Shown here piece by piece: positions 26,028 to 35,443 of a stretch of 64,000 nucleotides of DNA. How positions within the stretch are numbered: position 1 is the first letter of the stretch; each line of letters opens with the position of its first letter. The translations under genes were made by a program, and so were the position numbers. The notes under the pieces are model-generated. The model was not told where the DNA came from and did not search any database. It saw nothing but the letters and a program-made list of their open reading frames with translations. This DNA comes from Acidimicrobiia bacterium (GTDB lineage: Bacteria > Actinomycetota > Acidimicrobiia > Acidimicrobiales > Ilumatobacteraceae). Location of the stretch: positions 43,585-107,584 of the forward strand of contig JBFWRK010000015.1 of the NCBI GenBank assembly GCA_050248955.1, read 5' to 3'.

Positions 26028-27125
26028 GTGCGCGTCGTTGCGAAGATCGGCACGTCATCGCTCACGAACGAGCGCGGCGTCGTCGATCATGCTGCGATCG
26101 TCCGGTTCTGCGAGGAGATCGCGGCGCTCCGAGCCGCCGGTCACGAGGTCGTCGTCGTCTCTTCGGGTGCGGTCTCTGCCGGCGTCGGAGCTGTCGGGTT
26201 GGCATCGCGACCGAGCGACATCGCGACGCTGCAGGCGCTGGCGGCAGTGGGGCAGCCGCGGCTGATGCAGATCTACGACGCCGAGCTCGCTCGCCGCGGC
26301 TACGTCGCTGCGCAGGTGCTCGTCGTCCCGCCCGACTTCGTCAACCGGCGGCAGTACCTCCACGCCCGCCAAACGGTCGCACGGCTGCTCGAGCTCGGCT
26401 GCGTGCCGATCATCAACGAGAACGACGCGATCGCGAGCGACGAGATCCGTTGGGGTGACAACGATCGCATCGCCGCACTCGTCGCCCACCTCGTGAGCGC
26501 CGACCTCCTCGTGCTGCTGACGGACACACCGGGTCTCTACACGGCGGATCCCCGCGTGGACCCGGAGGCGACGCTCGTCGAGCGCGTCGCCGCCAACGAT
26601 CCGATGCTCGGTGTGGACGCCGGGCGGTCGAGCTCGAACCGGGGGAGTGGCGGGATGGCATCGAAGCTCGCCGCGGCGCGCATCGCGAGCTGGTCCGGTG
26701 TGCGGGCCGTGATCGCCCAGGCGGACCGGGAGAACGTGCTCGTCGATGCGGTGGAAGGAACCAGCACAGTGGGCACCACGTTCGAGGGCCACTCCCGCCG
26801 GCTGTCGGCGCGCAAGCTGTGGATCGCCTTCGCGTCCGGTGTGTCCGGGACGGTCGTCATCGATGACGGCGCGCGCCGCGCACTGGTCGACCGCCACACG
26901 TCGTTGCTGCCCGCCGGTGTGACCGACGTGCACGGCACGTTCTACGAGGGAGCCACGGTCGAGGTGTCGACGCAGTCCGGCGAGATCGTCGCCCGCGGCA
27001 TGGTGCTCGTCGACTCGGCAACGGCGCGGACCGTCGCCGGCCGGCGCACGGTCGATCTACCGTCCGACGTTGCCCACGAGATCGTCCATCGGGACGACCT
27101 CGTGATGCTCACGACCTTGCGCTGA
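26028..27125 (+). CDS. proB: Glutamate 5-kinase with a C-terminal PUA domain
   Basis: VVAKIGTSSLT N-terminus and amino-acid-kinase motifs. GTG 26028 chosen because ATG 25956 would overlap obg by 53 nt. Conserved obg-proB adjacency. Confidence 0.92.
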   Translation: MRVVAKIGTSSLTNERGVVDHAAIVRFCEEIAALRAAGHEVVVVSSGAVSAGVGAVGLASRPSDIATLQALAAVGQPRLMQIYDAELARRGYVAAQVLVVPPDFVNRRQYLHARQTVARLLELGCVPIINENDAIASDEIRWGDNDRIAALVAHLVSADLLVLLTDTPGLYTADPRVDPEATLVERVAANDPMLGVDAGRSSSNRGSGGMASKLAAARIASWSGVRAVIAQADRENVLVDAVEGTSTVGTTFEGHSRRLSARKLWIAFASGVSGTVVIDDGARRALVDRHTSLLPAGVTDVHGTFYEGATVEVSTQSGEIVARGMVLVDSATARTVAGRRTVDLPSDVAHEIVHRDDLVMLTTLR

Positions 27126-27128
27126 CGC

Positions 27129-27902
27129 TCAGCCGGCGCTGCCTTCCTGCGACTGCTCGACAGCCGGAGTCGCACCCGGCGCGTCGAGCCCGAGCTCGCT
27201 GCGCAACTGCGACAGTCGGCTCTGCGCTTCGACGTTCGCGGTGGCCTGCTCGATCTCGATCATCCGGCTCTCGACGGACGTCTCGGCGATCTCCGCGCCG
27301 GCCTTGGCCTTTGCGTAGCGGCTCTCGATCTTGTCCCGGATCTCGTTGAACGTCGGGACGTCCTGGCCGACGGTCTCGTTGAGCTGAGCCATCGCCTTGT
27401 TCATCTGGTCCTGCATGTTCGCCTGGTCGAGCTGCGACAGGAGCTTCGACTTCTCGCCGAGCTTCTGCTGCAGCACGCGGGCGTTCTGGCTGAGCGCGGC
27501 CTTCGCCTGGTCGGATGCCTCGGTCGCCTGCAGCAGGAACGACTTCTGGTCCTCGACGTCCGCTTCGAGCTGGATGAGCTTGCCGGCGAGGCTCTCGGCT
27601 GCGTGCGTGTACTGCGTCGCTCCGGCCTCGTCGCCCTTCTTCCTCGCGTCCTCCGCCATCAGCAGCGCCTGGCGGGCGTTCGCGTTCACCTTGCCGAGCT
27701 CGTCGATCGACCGGTTCAGCTTCAGCTCGGCCTGCTTCTGGTTGGCGACGACGTTGATGACCTGTTCCTTCAGCCGCTGGTGCTGCGCCTGGGACTCCTG
27801 GATCGCCTGCTCCAGTTGCACCTTGGGATCGGCGTTCGCCTCGAAGCTCCCCGTCAACTTCGCCGTCAGGTACTTCCACCACTTGCGTACGAGCTTGAAC
27901 AT
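27129..27902 (-). CDS. PspA/IM30 family protein
   Basis: Long coiled-coil sequence with a PspA-like N-terminus (FKLVRKWWKYLTAKLTGSFEANADPKVQLEQAIQE). ATG 27902 (alternative GTG 27911). Confidence 0.85.
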   Translation of the reverse strand: MFKLVRKWWKYLTAKLTGSFEANADPKVQLEQAIQESQAQHQRLKEQVINVVANQKQAELKLNRSIDELGKVNANARQALLMAEDARKKGDEAGATQYTHAAESLAGKLIQLEADVEDQKSFLLQATEASDQAKAALSQNARVLQQKLGEKSKLLSQLDQANMQDQMNKAMAQLNETVGQDVPTFNEIRDKIESRYAKAKAGAEIAETSVESRMIEIEQATANVEAQSRLSQLRSELGLDAPGATPAVEQSQEGSAG

Positions 27903-27912
27903 GGCAGGCACT

Positions 27913-29493
27913 CTACGCGTGACGGCGGATCAATCGCTCCCGCAGGGCCGTCACTTCCGGGGCGCCGAGCAGGACGAGCAGCCCGCCGTAGACGGCTGCG
28001 CCGATCACGGTGCCGGCGGCGACCTTCACGATCGCGGCCTTGCCGTCGTCGCCTTCGATGAGCCGCGCCACGAACCACACGATCTCCGCCATCACGACCG
28101 ACGCGAGGAGCATTCGCGCCAAGCTCAGGGCGATCGGGCGCAACGAGAAGCCGGGGACCTTGTACGACATGATCTGCAGCGACCAGGCCGCCGTGAGGAG
28201 GTAGGCGACGGCGAACGCCAGGCCGAGACCGAGCACGCCATAGCGATCGACGAGCACGATCGCGAGGACGATGTTCAGCGCGTTCTCGACGAGGTTGATG
28301 ACGAACGGCGTGCGCGCGTCCTGGTGGGCGTAGAAGCCGCGGAGGACGAACAGGTACACGGAGAAGCCGACGAGCCCGAGCGAGAAGCCGCCGAGCGCCC
28401 GACTCGTGAGCGCCGCGTCCTGCGCGTCGAAGTTGCCCCATTGCAGGATCGCCGTCACGATCGGTCGTCGCAGCACGAGGAAGCCGAACGCGGCGGGGAG
28501 CGTGAGCATCGCGATCAGGCGCACGCCGAGTCCGGTGCGCTCGACGAAACCGACACGGTCCTTCCGCGCGACGAAACGAGCGAGATCGGGGACGAACGTC
28601 GTCGTGATCGACATCGCGAGAAGGCCGTGCGGCAGCTGGAAGAACGTGAACGCCTTCGAGTATGCGTCCTGCCCGCCGCTGCCCGGCTTCGCGAGGTTCT
28701 TGATCACGTAGACCGACACGATGTTGGCGGCGGCATAGCCGAAGGTCCAGCCGGACAGCTTGAACACCTGCGCGACCGCGGGATGGTGGATGTCGGGGCG
28801 GAAGCGGAGGCGGATCCCTGCGGCGCGCACCGCTGGGAACAGCGCGACGGCCATCAACGCGATGCCGACGGTCGCGCCGAACGACAGGACGAGCCGGATG
28901 GTGCCGTCCTCACGGATCAACGACAGATCCGCCTCCCGGCCGTCGAGCATGGGCCACAGCCCGAGCAGCGCGGCGATGATGGCGATGTTGGACAGCACGG
29001 GCGCCCACGCCGGGGCGAAGAACCGGCGTCGCGCGTTGAGCAGCGCGCCGCCGATCGCGGCGAGTCCGTAGAAGAAGATCTGGAGGAGGAAGACGCGCGC
29101 GAGCGACGTGCCCACTGAGCGGTACAGCGTCGGATCGATGTCCTCGGCGACGATCCACGACGACATCCGGAAGATCAACGGCGCGGCGAGGATCGCGACG
29201 GCCGTGAGCGCGGCGAGCCCGATCACGGCGACGCTGACGACAGCGTTCGTCGCGTCCTCGTCCTCGTCTTCCACGTGCCGGACGAAGACCGGGATCAAGG
29301 TCGCCGCGAGCACGCCGCCGAGCACCAGCTCGTAGATCGAGTTCGGCGAGTTGTTCGCGCCGTCGTAGGCGTCGGCGAGTGCGTTCTGACCGATCACCCA
29401 GCCGAACACCGCGACCCGTGCGAGGCCCGTCAGCCGGGAGAGCGCCGTTCCCGTCGCGACGGTGATGTTCGACCGGACGAGCCCGTCGCTCAT
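27913..29493 (-). CDS. murJ: Lipid II flippase MurJ/MviN
   Basis: N-terminus SNITVATGTALSRLTGLARVAVFGWVIGQNALADAY, 526 aa, polytopic. Confidence 0.9.
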   Translation of the reverse strand: MSDGLVRSNITVATGTALSRLTGLARVAVFGWVIGQNALADAYDGANNSPNSIYELVLGGVLAATLIPVFVRHVEDEDEDATNAVVSVAVIGLAALTAVAILAAPLIFRMSSWIVAEDIDPTLYRSVGTSLARVFLLQIFFYGLAAIGGALLNARRRFFAPAWAPVLSNIAIIAALLGLWPMLDGREADLSLIREDGTIRLVLSFGATVGIALMAVALFPAVRAAGIRLRFRPDIHHPAVAQVFKLSGWTFGYAAANIVSVYVIKNLAKPGSGGQDAYSKAFTFFQLPHGLLAMSITTTFVPDLARFVARKDRVGFVERTGLGVRLIAMLTLPAAFGFLVLRRPIVTAILQWGNFDAQDAALTSRALGGFSLGLVGFSVYLFVLRGFYAHQDARTPFVINLVENALNIVLAIVLVDRYGVLGLGLAFAVAYLLTAAWSLQIMSYKVPGFSLRPIALSLARMLLASVVMAEIVWFVARLIEGDDGKAAIVKVAAGTVIGAAVYGGLLVLLGAPEVTALRERLIRRHA

Positions 29494-30239
29494 CCGGTGG
29501 CCGGCCTCGACCCGCCTGTCTCCTCGAGCGCGAGCCGCAGCGCCTCGAGCTCGGTGACCACGCCGTCGACCTCGTCGGACAGACCCCCGGTGTCGCCGGC
29601 ACCGACGGAGACCTCGGCGGCACGGGCGACGAGCTCGTCGAGGCGCGCGTCGAGCAGACGCAAGCGGTCACGCGTGTCCTGTGAGACGGCCTGCATCCGT
29701 TGTGCCGAAGCGAGCTGCGCCTCGAGTGATGCAACGGTCGACTCGAGCGCGGGCGTCGCGCCTCGCGCCGTGATCTGCCGGCGCGCCTCGGCGAGCTCGA
29801 GCTGCGCCTCCGCCGGGTTGAGATGACCGAGCGCGGCATCGATGTCGTCGCCACGGCTCGCGATCCGCCAGCAGTCGGCGATGCCTTCGTCGAGGCGATC
29901 GGAGAGGCCGGCGAGCCGATCCCGCATCGGGCCCGGCCGCGTGCCCTGAACGGTCCGATCGAAGCGGAGCTTGGCGGTCTGTGCGCTCTGGACGTGGCCA
30001 CGCCACGGCTCGGAGAGCACGAACGGATCGATCCGTTCGGACTTCTGCCCCTTCGGCACCGCGAGCACGACCTTGCCTGCCCACAGCGCGGCACCGACGC
30101 CCACCGCGGCGACGACCGGCGCGCCGGCAACGATGCCGGCAGCGGTGGCGGCACCGAACAGCACGATGCCGAACGGCGACATCATCGCCCTGGCGACGGG
30201 CGCGGTGAAGAATCGGTCGCGGAAGCTCAGCCGGGCCAC
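29490..30239 (-). CDS. Membrane-anchored coiled-coil protein of unknown function
   Basis: Two N-terminal hydrophobic segments followed by a helical, Ala/Arg/Leu/Asp-rich region. ATGA overlap with murJ; GTG start. Confidence 0.6.
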   Translation of the reverse strand: MARLSFRDRFFTAPVARAMMSPFGIVLFGAATAAGIVAGAPVVAAVGVGAALWAGKVVLAVPKGQKSERIDPFVLSEPWRGHVQSAQTAKLRFDRTVQGTRPGPMRDRLAGLSDRLDEGIADCWRIASRGDDIDAALGHLNPAEAQLELAEARRQITARGATPALESTVASLEAQLASAQRMQAVSQDTRDRLRLLDARLDELVARAAEVSVGAGDTGGLSDEVDGVVTELEALRLALEETGGSRPATG

Positions 30240-30255
30240 GTCACCTCCCGCTTCA

Positions 30256-32076
30256 TCAGAAGTTCGACACCACGGCGGTGAAGACCTGTTCGATGGTCCG
30301 CGGGTTCGAAGCGTCGTAGAGCGCGGCGTTCGTCGCCTCCGCGATCCGTTTGAGCGTCGCCTTGTCGGCGCCCTCGCCGTAGCTGATCGTGAAGATCCGG
30401 ACCGGCTGTGCGCTGCCGCCCTCGGAACCCGAACGGAGCGACGCGATCAGCTGATCGAGTTGATCGGCGTCGTCGTTCAACGTGCCGTCGTCGTTCACCC
30501 CGTCCGTGAGGAGCACCACGGCGTTGATCTTGTCCGGCTCGTAGGCGCTCTTCATCGCCTCGTACGCGGCCGAGCTGACGTCGTACAGCGGTGTGCCGTT
30601 CGTCGGGAAGAGGTCGTTGATCCGAGAGCGCATCTGCTCGCGCTGGTCACCGAAGCGGGAGACGGGCAGCAGCTCGAGGTAGTTCTCGTCCGCCTGCGGT
30701 CCGAGCGCGGTCGAGAAGATCCAGAGTCCGACGAGGTCGTCGTCCTTGAACTCGTCGAGCGACGCCATCGCCGCTTGCTGCGCGAGCTCGAGCTTCGTGG
30801 TGCCGCCGTCCTCGGTGGCGGCATCGCCCATCGAGCCCGACACGTCGATGACGAGGAGGACTCGGGCGGTCTTGCGCTGCTCGGCCCACGTGTCGAGGAT
30901 CGCGGTGAGCACGGCCGGTTCCGGCACCTCGAGCTCGGCCTGCGGCTGCGCCGGATCGACGCCGTTCGCGGCGACGATCGGCGCGCCGACCGGCACCTGC
31001 GGGTTGCCCGGCCGGAAGCCGAACTCGAGCACCTTCGCCTGGTTCTCGGGCAGCTGCACGTAGGCCTCGAACAGCGCCGCGCCCTCCTGCTGCTCTGGCG
31101 TCACCCAGTCGGCGTCGAGCACGAAGAACGGGTTGTCGGAGAAGAGCGTCCCCTCGCTCGGGTAGACCGCGACCAGCGGCACCTTCGGCACCCGCGGCTC
31201 CTCGCCCGGTGACAGCTCGCCATCCGGGTTGCCGGCGTTGTAGTCGATGATCGACTTCTCCTCGACCGCCACGGCACTCGCGTACGTCAGCGCGGTGCCG
31301 CGCGCGTCGGCGCGGAACCAGTTGTTGAGGAACGTCATCGTGATGTCGCCGTAGTGGACGACTGCGGACTCGACGCTCGCCGCGAACGCCGCGACGTCCT
31401 CCCGATTGAGGTCCTCGGTCGTGAGCCCACGGGTCTTGCCGGTTGCTGCGTAGTACTGCGCCACGGTGAAGTTGAGCCCGCTCGTGGAGAAGTTCGGGTT
31501 CGTCTTGCCGAGCCGGAACGGGCCCCACTCGGGATGGCCGTACGCGGCCCACCCCTCGGGGTCGTTGGCGAGCTCGACGATGTCCTTGAAACCGACCGGG
31601 GTCTCCGGGTAGCCGAGCGCGTCGGCCATCGGCTTCGGCATCGCGATCACGAGCGGGGTGAGCATGAACGGGGTGCCACCGGTCGCGATCTCACGGCCGG
31701 CGCGCTGGTTCACGATCGCGCCCCAGCCGCTCGCCGCCGGCGACCAGACGACGGGACGGGCGCCGTTCGTCTCCGGATCGGGCCAGCCTTCGACGAGCAA
31801 CGTCGCAGCGGCGCCCGACGCCTTGTTGTACGGCCGGACGAACGCGCAGCCGTCGGCGAGCTTCGCCGCGTCGGATCCGTTGAAGTCGTTGGCGAGCTCG
31901 GTGAGCAGCGCGATCTTCTCGGAGCTCACGGCCATGTCGACGGTCGCGCAGTCGCCGGGGTCGGCGTCGCCGAGATCGGACGTGTCGTCGTCGCCGGAGC
32001 TGGTGGAGCAGGCGGCGAAGGCGAGGCAGGCGGCGACGAACGCACCCGTCACGAGGCGGGTGCGGCGAGCGGTCAT
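30256..32076 (-). CDS. Lipoprotein with a solute-binding-like N-terminal domain and a C-terminal von Willebrand factor A domain
   Basis: Start ATG 32076 gives MTARRTRLVTGAFVAACLAFAAC (lipobox-like). MIDAS motif VIDVSGSMG. ATGA overlap with the upstream gene. Confidence 0.8.
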   Translation of the reverse strand: MTARRTRLVTGAFVAACLAFAACSTSSGDDDTSDLGDADPGDCATVDMAVSSEKIALLTELANDFNGSDAAKLADGCAFVRPYNKASGAAATLLVEGWPDPETNGARPVVWSPAASGWGAIVNQRAGREIATGGTPFMLTPLVIAMPKPMADALGYPETPVGFKDIVELANDPEGWAAYGHPEWGPFRLGKTNPNFSTSGLNFTVAQYYAATGKTRGLTTEDLNREDVAAFAASVESAVVHYGDITMTFLNNWFRADARGTALTYASAVAVEEKSIIDYNAGNPDGELSPGEEPRVPKVPLVAVYPSEGTLFSDNPFFVLDADWVTPEQQEGAALFEAYVQLPENQAKVLEFGFRPGNPQVPVGAPIVAANGVDPAQPQAELEVPEPAVLTAILDTWAEQRKTARVLLVIDVSGSMGDAATEDGGTTKLELAQQAAMASLDEFKDDDLVGLWIFSTALGPQADENYLELLPVSRFGDQREQMRSRINDLFPTNGTPLYDVSSAAYEAMKSAYEPDKINAVVLLTDGVNDDGTLNDDADQLDQLIASLRSGSEGGSAQPVRIFTISYGEGADKATLKRIAEATNAALYDASNPRTIEQVFTAVVSNF

Positions 32077-33038
32077 CGGAGTGACTCCCAGAGGTCGAGC
32101 AGGGTGCGCAGGACACCGGCGGAGGGGATGCCGTTCGGCTCGCCGGGTGTGGCGACCCAACCCGGCGTGGCGAGCAGCGCGTCGCGGAGCTCGCCTGCGA
32201 GGCCGGCAGGGACGTCGCCCTGGGTGCTGATCACCAGTACCGCATCGGCCCGTCCCACGGGTTCAGGGTAGGCCACGGTGAAGCGTTCGGACTGCGCGGT
32301 GCCGAGGCGCGCGACCTCGGCATCGGACGCTCCGACGAGGTCGACAGCCCGACCGGTGGCGAGGGTGTCGAGCGCCGAGTCGGCGCTGAACACGAACGAC
32401 GGGACGGAGCGCTCCAGCCGGCTGAACCAGCCGAGGAAGCCTGGGTCGGCGTCGATGTCGACGGCGTTGAACGTGGTCGAACCGAAGTACGCAGCCGCGG
32501 CGCTGCCCATCGTGAGCAGGCCTGTGGCTCGTTGCGTCGGGTCGTCGTGACCGGGCGCGAGGTCGCCCCAGGTGGCGTCGCCGCCGAGCGAGCTCCAGGG
32601 CTGTCCGGCGCTCTCGCCGATGCACGTCCACGTGACCGCGCCGCCGCAGGTGCCGGCGAGCGCAGTCACCCGTTCGGGACGCGAGGCGAGCGCGAGACGA
32701 GTGCTCCCGAGCACTTCCGGATCGCCGAACGCGAGCGCCCCGAGCTCGTCGACGGCCAGACGCTCGAGCGGTGCGAAGGTGATCCAGGCATCCGGGCCGG
32801 TGCCGCCGGCGACATCGGCGAGCGTCTCGCTGAACGATTCGACCACGACGTCGACGTCGCCGAGGTCGATGTCCCGGCAGGCGTCGGCGAGATCCTGGAT
32901 GCAGGCGACGGTCGCGCCGCCACCAGACGGTCGGTCCGGCCCGTCCTCGTCTGGGTCGTCGATCGCCCGCCGCAGGAAGACAGCCCCGACGATGAGCAGG
33001 ACTGCAGCGAGGACCGCGATCACGCGCTTTGCGGCCAT
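32073..33038 (-). CDS. Membrane-anchored, substrate-binding-like protein of unknown function
   Basis: N-terminal TM helix (VIAVLAAVLLIVGAVFL). Good GC3. Translationally coupled to the VWA lipoprotein gene. Confidence 0.6.
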   Translation of the reverse strand: MAAKRVIAVLAAVLLIVGAVFLRRAIDDPDEDGPDRPSGGGATVACIQDLADACRDIDLGDVDVVVESFSETLADVAGGTGPDAWITFAPLERLAVDELGALAFGDPEVLGSTRLALASRPERVTALAGTCGGAVTWTCIGESAGQPWSSLGGDATWGDLAPGHDDPTQRATGLLTMGSAAAAYFGSTTFNAVDIDADPGFLGWFSRLERSVPSFVFSADSALDTLATGRAVDLVGASDAEVARLGTAQSERFTVAYPEPVGRADAVLVISTQGDVPAGLAGELRDALLATPGWVATPGEPNGIPSAGVLRTLLDLWESLR

Positions 33039-33069
33039 GGTGCAGGTCAGCGTAGAGGCCGGGTCGCGC

Positions 33070-34491
33070 TCAACCGATGATGTCGGCGACGGTCAGGGTG
33101 GTGAGCTGCTCCGTCGACGGGTCGCTCAAGGAGACGATGCGCATCGCTTGGCGGGCGACGGCGGCTTCAAAGATGTTGCGCACGAACCGTGCGTTGCCGA
33201 AGCCCTGATCGCGCGGCTGTGCCTCGATGAGGAGCTCGAGTGCAGCGAGTGCGTCGTCGCTCGCGTGGTACTGGTGCTTCTCGCCGAGCTTGACGAAGAT
33301 CTGCACGAGCTCGGTGGTGGTGTAGTCGGCGAAGTGGACCGTGCGGCCGAATCGGCTCTGCAACCCGGGGTTCGTGGCGATGAACATCCGCATCTCCTCG
33401 GGGTAGCCGGCGGCGACGACCGCGAGGTCGTCCCGATGGTCCTCCATGAACTTGACGACGGTGTCGATCGCCTCGCGGCCGAAGTCCTGCTCGCTGCCGC
33501 GGGCGAGCGCGTACGCCTCGTCGATCAGGAGCGTGCCGCCGAGCGCCTGTTCGAGGACCGCTCTCGTCTTGGTCGCGGTCTGGCCGATGTAGCCGGCGAC
33601 GAGTCCCGATCGGTCCGTCTCGACGAGGTGGCCCTTCGAGACGACGGCGAGCGAGCGGTAGATGCGGCTGAGGAGCCGGGCGACGGTGGTCTTGCCGGTG
33701 CCAGGGTTTCCCGTGAAGACGAGGTGGTGACTCGCCTCGATGATCGGCAGACCGCGCTCCACCCGGAGCTGCTGCACCTGGAGCAGGCTCGTGAGCCGGC
33801 GGACCTCGGTCTTCACGGCCTGGAGGCCGACGAGCGCGTCGAGCTCGGCGAGCAGCACCTCGATCGACTCTGGCGGTTCGTCGGGGGCGGGTGACTCGTC
33901 CGGCGCGGGGGACGGCTCGGTCACCGGCGTCGGACCCGAGGTGGTCAGCGTTCTGCCCGCCTGGCGGGCAGAACGCTGACGAGCAGCGCCGGGGCGGACG
34001 ATGCCGGCGGCGTCCATCCTGGCGAGCATCATCGAACGGAACCGATCGATCGCGGCGACCTCGTCCGCCGAGGGGACGAGATCGACCGCCGCGACCGCGT
34101 GCGCGAGGGCCAGCGCGAGCGCGTAGTAGTCGTGCGAACGGGTCCCCCCGTCGCGTCGGTCGGCGAGGACGACGATGTCGAACAGCGTCGACGGCTCGTC
34201 GAGCCACGCCGACCGACCCACCAGCGAGCCGCCTTCACGCAACCGTGCCGTCGTGACGATCAACGGCGGATCGAGCTGCCCGCCGACACCGTCCAGGTAC
34301 GCGTCGAGCTCGGCGTCGGTGAATCGGCCGTCTGCGTCCATGATCCCGGCGACGAGGTTCGCGGCCTCGACCGTGGCGTCGGGTCGATGGTGGTCGGCGG
34401 ACTTGCCCGAGAGCTCGGCCAGCGCGAGCGCCATCCGGTCGACGAACGCGATCACGTCCCGCCCGATCGGTCCTCGATCCATCGCCGGCAT
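33070..34491 (-). CDS. AAA+ ATPase (CbbX/SpoVK-like) with a TerB-like N-terminal region
   Basis: Walker A GNPGTGKTT, Walker B LLIDEAYAL, arginine-finger region NPGLQSRF. N-terminal repeats resemble TerB (IMDADGRFTDAELDAY). Start uncertain (34482, 34491 or 34536). Confidence 0.85.
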   Translation of the reverse strand: MPAMDRGPIGRDVIAFVDRMALALAELSGKSADHHRPDATVEAANLVAGIMDADGRFTDAELDAYLDGVGGQLDPPLIVTTARLREGGSLVGRSAWLDEPSTLFDIVVLADRRDGGTRSHDYYALALALAHAVAAVDLVPSADEVAAIDRFRSMMLARMDAAGIVRPGAARQRSARQAGRTLTTSGPTPVTEPSPAPDESPAPDEPPESIEVLLAELDALVGLQAVKTEVRRLTSLLQVQQLRVERGLPIIEASHHLVFTGNPGTGKTTVARLLSRIYRSLAVVSKGHLVETDRSGLVAGYIGQTATKTRAVLEQALGGTLLIDEAYALARGSEQDFGREAIDTVVKFMEDHRDDLAVVAAGYPEEMRMFIATNPGLQSRFGRTVHFADYTTTELVQIFVKLGEKHQYHASDDALAALELLIEAQPRDQGFGNARFVRNIFEAAVARQAMRIVSLSDPSTEQLTTLTVADIIG

Positions 34492-34560
34492 CGTAGGGGT
34501 CGGGCGAGCGCGCCATTCGGTTGACCAGCGGGTCAAGTCGGCCAGTAGGGTTTGCCCCCT

Positions 34561-35427
34561 ATGGCAGACCGCTTCGAGTCAGTGCAGGCCGTCCGCGAGG
34601 GCCTGAAGAACGTCAACTACCTCGCGGACGACGGCATCGCAGGCGTCGCCTTCCTCGCCGATCGGCTCGGCAAGCCGGTGCTCGTCGAGGGACCGGCCGG
34701 CACGGGCAAGACCCAGCTGGCGAAGTCCATCGCCGAGATGACCGGCGCTCGCCTCATCCGTCTGCAGTGCTACGAGGGTCTCGACGAGTCGAAGGCGCTC
34801 TACGAGTGGAACTACAAGAAGCAGCTGCTGCGGATCCAGGCCGACAAGGCGTCCGACTCGTGGAGCGAGGTCCACGACGACATCTTCTCCGACGAGTTCC
34901 TGCTCACCCGCCCCCTGCTCGAGGCGATCACGGCCGAGGACCCCGTCGTGCTGCTGATCGACGAGGTCGACCGCGTCGAGGTCGAGACCGAGGCGCTGCT
35001 GCTCGAGATCCTCTCCGACTACCAGGTCTCGATCCCGGAGCTCGGCACGATCACGGCGAAGCAGATCCCGCTCGTGTTCCTCACGTCGAACAACACCCGT
35101 GAGCTGTCGGAGGCGTTGAAGCGCCGCTGCCTCTACCTCCACGTCGACTACCCCGACATGGATCGCGAGAAGCAGATCGTGCTCACCAAGGTGCCCGAGG
35201 TCTCCGACAACCTCGCCGACCAGATCGCCCGCATCGTCCGCTCGATCCGCCAGCTCGACCTGAAGAAGGCGCCGTCGGTGTCGGAGACGATCGACTGGGC
35301 GCGCACGCTCGTGCTGCTCGGCATCAACCACATCGACGCCGCGCAGGCCAAGGAGACGCTGCACATCCTGCTCAAGTACCAGACCGACATCGCCAAGGCG
35401 GCGAAGGAACTGTCGGTCGACAAGTAA
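34561..35427 (+). CDS. MoxR-family AAA+ ATPase (CoxD-like)
   Basis: VLVEGPAGTGKTQLAKS Walker A, LLIDEVDR Walker B. First ATG at 34561. Followed by a CoxE-like VWA gene. Confidence 0.85.
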   Translation: MADRFESVQAVREGLKNVNYLADDGIAGVAFLADRLGKPVLVEGPAGTGKTQLAKSIAEMTGARLIRLQCYEGLDESKALYEWNYKKQLLRIQADKASDSWSEVHDDIFSDEFLLTRPLLEAITAEDPVVLLIDEVDRVEVETEALLLEILSDYQVSIPELGTITAKQIPLVFLTSNNTRELSEALKRRCLYLHVDYPDMDREKQIVLTKVPEVSDNLADQIARIVRSIRQLDLKKAPSVSETIDWARTLVLLGINHIDAAQAKETLHILLKYQTDIAKAAKELSVDK

Positions 35428-35443
35428 CCCGGACGTACCTCCG

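Noticed and set aside
23234-26065. A 943-aa minus-strand ORF suggesting a large dgt-fusion protein.
   Set aside because: Only the C-terminal 373 aa look like an HD-domain dGTPase. The remainder translates the intergenic repeats (PFPAPFPAP...) and antisense obg. An ATG exists at 24355.
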